A stretch of 64,000 bases of DNA from Escherichia coli (GTDB lineage Bacteria; Pseudomonadota; Gammaproteobacteria; Enterobacterales; Enterobacteriaceae): the NCBI RefSeq assembly GCF_011045215.1, contig NZ_CP049201.1; one strand, written 5' to 3'. Each line of letters begins with the position of its first letter. Position 1 is the first letter of the stretch. A program made the translations under genes and the position numbers. The notes beneath the pieces are model-generated. The model saw nothing but the letters and a program-made list of their open reading frames with translations. It made no database searches and was not told the DNA's origin. This document shows, piece by piece, positions 60,058 to 64,000 of the stretch.

Positions 60058-60814
60058 AGCCGAACCGGATGCCGGAATGCTGGCGGAAAAAGAGTGGCAG
60101 GCGGCGGCTCAGGGTAATAGCGGACCGGATGTTTCGCTACTGCGAAGTTTACTCGGTGCTGATGAACAGGCCGCTGCCGCGCTGCTGTTGGCGCAGAGAA
60201 AAAACGGTACGCCGATGTCTTTAACCGCGTTGAGCATGGGGGATGAACGGGCGTTGCACTGGCTGCGCTATCTCATGGCTCTTGGGTTTGAGGAAGCTGT
60301 ATTGCTGGAGACGGCGGCAGATCTGCGCTTTGCGCCGGAATTTGTCGCTCGCCATATTGCCGAATGGCAGCGTCAGAATCCGCTGGATCTGATAATTACT
60401 GGCTGCCAAAGCAGCGAAGGGCAGAATGGGCAAACGCCATTTTTGCTGGCGGAAATGCTGGGCTGGCCTTGCTTCACCCAGGTGGAGCGTTTCACTCTCG
60501 ACGCGCCGTTTATCACCCTCGAACAGCGTACTGAATATGGGCTGCGCTGTTGCCGGGTTCGCTTGCCTGCGGTGATTGCCGTGCGTCAGAGTGGTGAAGT
60601 GGCCTTGCCAGTACCGGGAATGCGCCAGCGAATGGCTGCGGGGAAAGCAGCCATTATCCGCAAAACTGTTGCTGTCGAATTGCCAGCGATGCAGTGTCTG
60701 CAACTGGCAAGAGCAGAGCAACGACGCGGAGCGACGCTGATTGATGGGCAAACGGTAGCAGAAAAAGCGCAAAAGCTATGGCAGGACTATTTACGCCAAA
60801 GGATGCAGCCATGA
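60035..60814 (+). CDS. ygcR: Electron-transfer-flavoprotein beta-subunit-like protein YgcR (FixA-like, 259 aa)
   Basis: Track ORF from 60029; start at MNILLAFK; synteny with ygcQ. Confidence 0.85.
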   Translation: MNILLAFKAEPDAGMLAEKEWQAAAQGNSGPDVSLLRSLLGADEQAAAALLLAQRKNGTPMSLTALSMGDERALHWLRYLMALGFEEAVLLETAADLRFAPEFVARHIAEWQRQNPLDLIITGCQSSEGQNGQTPFLLAEMLGWPCFTQVERFTLDAPFITLEQRTEYGLRCCRVRLPAVIAVRQSGEVALPVPGMRQRMAAGKAAIIRKTVAVELPAMQCLQLARAEQRRGATLIDGQTVAEKAQKLWQDYLRQRMQP

Positions 60815-61671
60815 ATATCGCAATTGTGACAATAAATCAGGAGAATGCCGCAATAGCAAGCTGGCTGGCGGCGCAGGATTTCAGCGGTTGTACCCTGGCG
60901 CACTGGCAGATTGAACCTCAGCCCGTAGTGGCGGAACAGGTGCTGGATGCGCTGGTGGAACAGTGGCAGCGAACGCCTGCGGACGTTGTTCTCTTTCCGC
61001 CGGGAACGTTTGGCGATGAACTGTCGACCCGGCTGGCCTGGCGTTTACATGGTGCAAGCATCTGCCAGGTGACTTCGTTAGATATTCCAACCGTAAGCGT
61101 GCGCAAATCCCACTGGGGAAATGCGCTAACGGCGACGCTGCAAACAGAAAAACGCCCGCTATGCCTTTCCCTGGCGCGTCAGGCGGGAGCAGCGAAAAAC
61201 GCCACGTTGCCCTCTGGAATGCAACAACTGAACATTGTCCCGGGTGCGCTTCCGGACTGGCTGGTTAGCACAGAGGATCTGAAAAATGTTACTCGCGACC
61301 CATTAGCTGAGGCCAGACGGGTGCTGGTGGTGGGGCAGGGCGGAGAGGCAGATAACCAGGAAATCGCTATGCTGGCAGAAAAGCTGGGAGCCGAAGTGGG
61401 CTACAGTCGGGCGCGAGTGATGAACGGTGGCGTTGATGCTGAAAAAGTGATTGGTATTTCCGGACATCTGCTGGCACCTGAGGTGTGTATTGTTGTTGGC
61501 GCTTCTGGCGCAGCAGCGTTAATGGCGGGCGTACGCAATAGCAAGTTTGTGGTGGCGATTAATCATGACGCCAGCGCAGCGGTATTTTCACAGGCAGATG
61601 TTGGCGTGGTTGATGACTGGAAAGTGGTGCTGGAGGCACTGGTGACAAACATTGACGCAGAATGCCAATAA
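60811..61671 (+). CDS. ygcQ: Electron-transfer-flavoprotein alpha-subunit-like protein YgcQ (FixB-like, 286 aa)
   Basis: Track ORF from 60778; start at MNIAIVTINQ, overlapping the ygcR stop; ETF-alpha-like C-terminus. Confidence 0.85.
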   Translation: MNIAIVTINQENAAIASWLAAQDFSGCTLAHWQIEPQPVVAEQVLDALVEQWQRTPADVVLFPPGTFGDELSTRLAWRLHGASICQVTSLDIPTVSVRKSHWGNALTATLQTEKRPLCLSLARQAGAAKNATLPSGMQQLNIVPGALPDWLVSTEDLKNVTRDPLAEARRVLVVGQGGEADNQEIAMLAEKLGAEVGYSRARVMNGGVDAEKVIGISGHLLAPEVCIVVGASGAAALMAGVRNSKFVVAINHDASAAVFSQADVGVVDDWKVVLEALVTNIDAECQ

Positions 61672-61674
61672 CGT

Positions 61675-61800
61675 GCTGCCGGATGATCCTGCCTACGGTT
61701 CTGGACTGGGGACCTGTAGGCCTGATAAGACGCGTCAAGCGTCGCATCAGGCGCTGAATGTCGGATGTGGCGTGCAGCCTACAAATCACACAAATTCAAT
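61675..61800. repeat. REP cluster at the convergent ygcQ/ygcP junction
   Basis: gtaggcctgataagacgcgtcaagcgtcgcatcaggcgc and related REP-type palindromes. Confidence 0.55.
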
Positions 61801-61817
61801 TGGTTACGATTATCCCG

Positions 61818-62393
61818 TCAAAGCAATTTTTTCGCTAACGTCCAGACTCCGGTATTCGTGGTGGAAAGCGCCACGACACCCGCGTTAATCGCATTACGCG
61901 CATCTTCTTCATCGCATACCAGCCCGCCAGCAATCAGCGGTTGGCGGATTTTTTCCGTCACCCAGCCCAGCACTTTGGGCATGCAGCCTGGCAGGATCTC
62001 AATACAATCCGGATTCGATTGCGCAACTTGCTTATCAATGTTGTGAAACGAAATCGAATCAACAATAAACAGGCGATGAATACAGAAAAAACCTTCCGCT
62101 CTTGCCGCTTTCAACATTGAGGCTTTGGTACTGATAATGCCGTCCGCCTCGGTCACCAGTTTCAAAAACTGAATAACGACTTCTTTATTTGACGCGCCTT
62201 CCAGCAAATCAACATGAATAAAAGCATATTTCCCGGCGTTCTTAATCTTTTTAACGATATTACTGATGGTGCAGATATTGCCGTACAACACGGAAATAAA
62301 CTGGCATTCAGAATCGATTGCCAGTTGCAGGCTGGCATTATCTTTAACGGCAGCAATCACCGGATTCTGGCGGAGCAGGTGTAAGAGGGGCAT
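61818..62393 (-). CDS. ygcP: GlpP-like glycerol-3-phosphate-responsive antiterminator family protein YgcP (191 aa)
   Basis: 191-aa ORF; synteny. Confidence 0.85.
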   Translation of the reverse strand: MPLLHLLRQNPVIAAVKDNASLQLAIDSECQFISVLYGNICTISNIVKKIKNAGKYAFIHVDLLEGASNKEVVIQFLKLVTEADGIISTKASMLKAARAEGFFCIHRLFIVDSISFHNIDKQVAQSNPDCIEILPGCMPKVLGWVTEKIRQPLIAGGLVCDEEDARNAINAGVVALSTTNTGVWTLAKKLL

Positions 62394-62409
62394 AAATTAT
62401 CCTTATTAT

Positions 62410-62670
62410 TTATCCAAAGCGGTAGGTGATGCCGAATCCGGAAGGCGGATAGCGCCACTGTTGTAGTGTTGATTCGTCGCACAGCAAACGGCAGGTGCCA
62501 CACTCCAGGCAACTGCGATAGTCAATACGTAAGTCACCTTCCGGTGTGAGCGAAAAAAGACCTGCCGGACAGGCGTTAATCAACCGTTCTGCCGTCTGGC
62601 GCTCAACGGAGTCAGCCGGAACAATGTGCGGCGCATCAGCAACGCGCCAGAGATTACGGGCTACAGACAT
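62410..62670 (-). CDS. ygcO: Ferredoxin-like protein YgcO (FixX-like, 86 aa)
   Basis: Cys-rich (CPAGLF...CLECGTCRLLC); likely start MSVARNLW; track ORF extended to 62706. Confidence 0.8.
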   Translation of the reverse strand: MSVARNLWRVADAPHIVPADSVERQTAERLINACPAGLFSLTPEGDLRIDYRSCLECGTCRLLCDESTLQQWRYPPSGFGITYRFG

Positions 62671-63932
62671 CGCAGACTCCTGATAACATCGCCCGCCAGA
62701 TGCCACAGGCCGTGACGACGTAAATGACGCCAGAATAACTGGCGCAGCGGTGGAACAGGTTTATCACCCTGATCCCATAAATCGCGGGAAATATCCTGCA
62801 TTAACGCAGGCCACGCCCGATACCAGCCAGGGCGTTGCAAAAGCGCCGGAACATGCTGATAACGTTGTAGAACATCCCACAGCAGGCTGCGCTCGACGTT
62901 GTGATGATAAAGCGCAAACAGATTTTGCGGCTCGCGGTGCTGGCAGGCGCTTATCAGCGTTTGTGCCGCCGCCTGTGCGCCAGTCAGCGCCATATCCATG
63001 CCGCGCACGGAAATTCCGGTATTGACGCAACTGCGTAACGCATCGCCCACCAGCAGCCAGCCGTTACCGGCGTATTGTACCGGCATACTGTGCAAGCCAC
63101 CTTCTGGCACCAGATGCGCACCATACTCCAGTGATTCCGTGTTTTTGATAAGCGGGCGAACTGCCGGATGCGTTTTAAAGCGAGCCAGCAGCTCGCTTGC
63201 CGGAACACGACTTTGCGTAAGGGAAGAGAGCGGGCAAACAATCCCTAACGAGAGCGTTTGTTGATTAGTATAAAGAAATGCGCCGCCGGGTAAGTCATCA
63301 CAGATCCCGCCGCTGAACAGCAACGCTGCGCCTTCGTTATTCTCCAGATGAAAACGTTCTTCAATAGCGGATGTTTCCAGCGACAGCACTTCTTTGATCC
63401 CCAACGCCATCGCTTCGCCAGCAGGACGAGTCACTAACCCGTGACGTTCAGCCAGGACGCTGTTGGCACCTTCTGCCAGCACCACATAACGGGCGCGGAG
63501 AATATCGTCACCACAAATGACACCACACACCCTGCCGTTTTCTTCATACAGTGCATCCACCGTCGCACCAGGGATGCATTCGACACCTTCTTTTTCGGCT
63601 TCGGCAACCAGCCACGGATCGAACCGTGCACGTAATACACTCCAGGATTCACCGCCGGGCTGTAAGCTGGAAAACGTCGTTGCGCCATTCGGCGTTAACA
63701 GGGAAAGGCTTTCGTGAGTGATGCGTCGTTCAAGAGGCGCGGTCAGATGAAATTGCGGGAGGAGTTCCGCGAGTGCATGGGTATATAACCGCCCGCCGGA
63801 AAGATTTTTGCTGCCGGGGATTTCAGCTCGTTCCAGTAACAAAACGGATAAACCCGCTCGCGCGCAGCGTAACGCGCAAGCGGTGCCTGCAATACCGGCA
63901 CCAATAATAATAATGTCGCAGTCGTCTTCCAT
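62661..63932 (-). CDS. ygcN: FAD-dependent oxidoreductase YgcN (FixC-like, 423 aa)
   Basis: DIIIIGAGIAG dinucleotide-binding motif; start chosen at MEDDCDIIIIGAG; track ORF extended to 63962. Confidence 0.85.
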   Translation of the reverse strand: MEDDCDIIIIGAGIAGTACALRCARAGLSVLLLERAEIPGSKNLSGGRLYTHALAELLPQFHLTAPLERRITHESLSLLTPNGATTFSSLQPGGESWSVLRARFDPWLVAEAEKEGVECIPGATVDALYEENGRVCGVICGDDILRARYVVLAEGANSVLAERHGLVTRPAGEAMALGIKEVLSLETSAIEERFHLENNEGAALLFSGGICDDLPGGAFLYTNQQTLSLGIVCPLSSLTQSRVPASELLARFKTHPAVRPLIKNTESLEYGAHLVPEGGLHSMPVQYAGNGWLLVGDALRSCVNTGISVRGMDMALTGAQAAAQTLISACQHREPQNLFALYHHNVERSLLWDVLQRYQHVPALLQRPGWYRAWPALMQDISRDLWDQGDKPVPPLRQLFWRHLRRHGLWHLAGDVIRSLRCL

Positions 63933-64000
63933 GTCATGCCCCAGATATCCTGAACACAACACCCTAACATAGCGTTACTTAAGGGAAATTGACCGCCGAC

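Overview
This 64 kb window is an Escherichia coli-type chromosomal segment, collinear (in reverse orientation) with the K-12 interval recB-recD-argA-amiC-tRNAfMet-mltA-tcdA-csdEA-ygdI-gcvB-gcvA-ygdD-rlmM-fucRUKIP/fucAO-xni-sdaBC-ppnN-queF-syd-csrB-yqcC-truC-yqcA-gudPXD-barA-rlmD-relA-mazEFG-pyrG-eno-queE-CRISPR-ygcE-yqcE-ygcWUSRQ-ygcPON. Gene calls rest on ORF length, order and protein sequences I recognise from memory; no database search was run. Most of the window is ordinary core genome. Four things stand out as accessory or unusual: (1) between eno and queE, a tight four-gene minus-strand operon encoding a LemA-family lipoprotein followed by three tandem TPM-domain (YgcG-like) membrane proteins, each ending in a Gly/Ser-rich ...SGRW tail; (2) next to it, a type I-E-style CRISPR array (five 29-bp repeats, four 32-bp spacers) plus a degenerate mini-array, with no cas genes in the window; (3) an IS200 copy inserted between ygdI and the gcvB sRNA terminator; (4) a single tRNA-fMet gene where I recall K-12 having three tandem copies. 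Two sRNAs (gcvB, csrB), the mazEF toxin-antitoxin pair, several REP clusters and the poorly characterised ygc cluster (FixABCX-like flavoproteins, kinase, transporters) are also annotated. The LemA/TPM operon is my best candidate for an undescribed system, but its function is inferred only from domain content and context.
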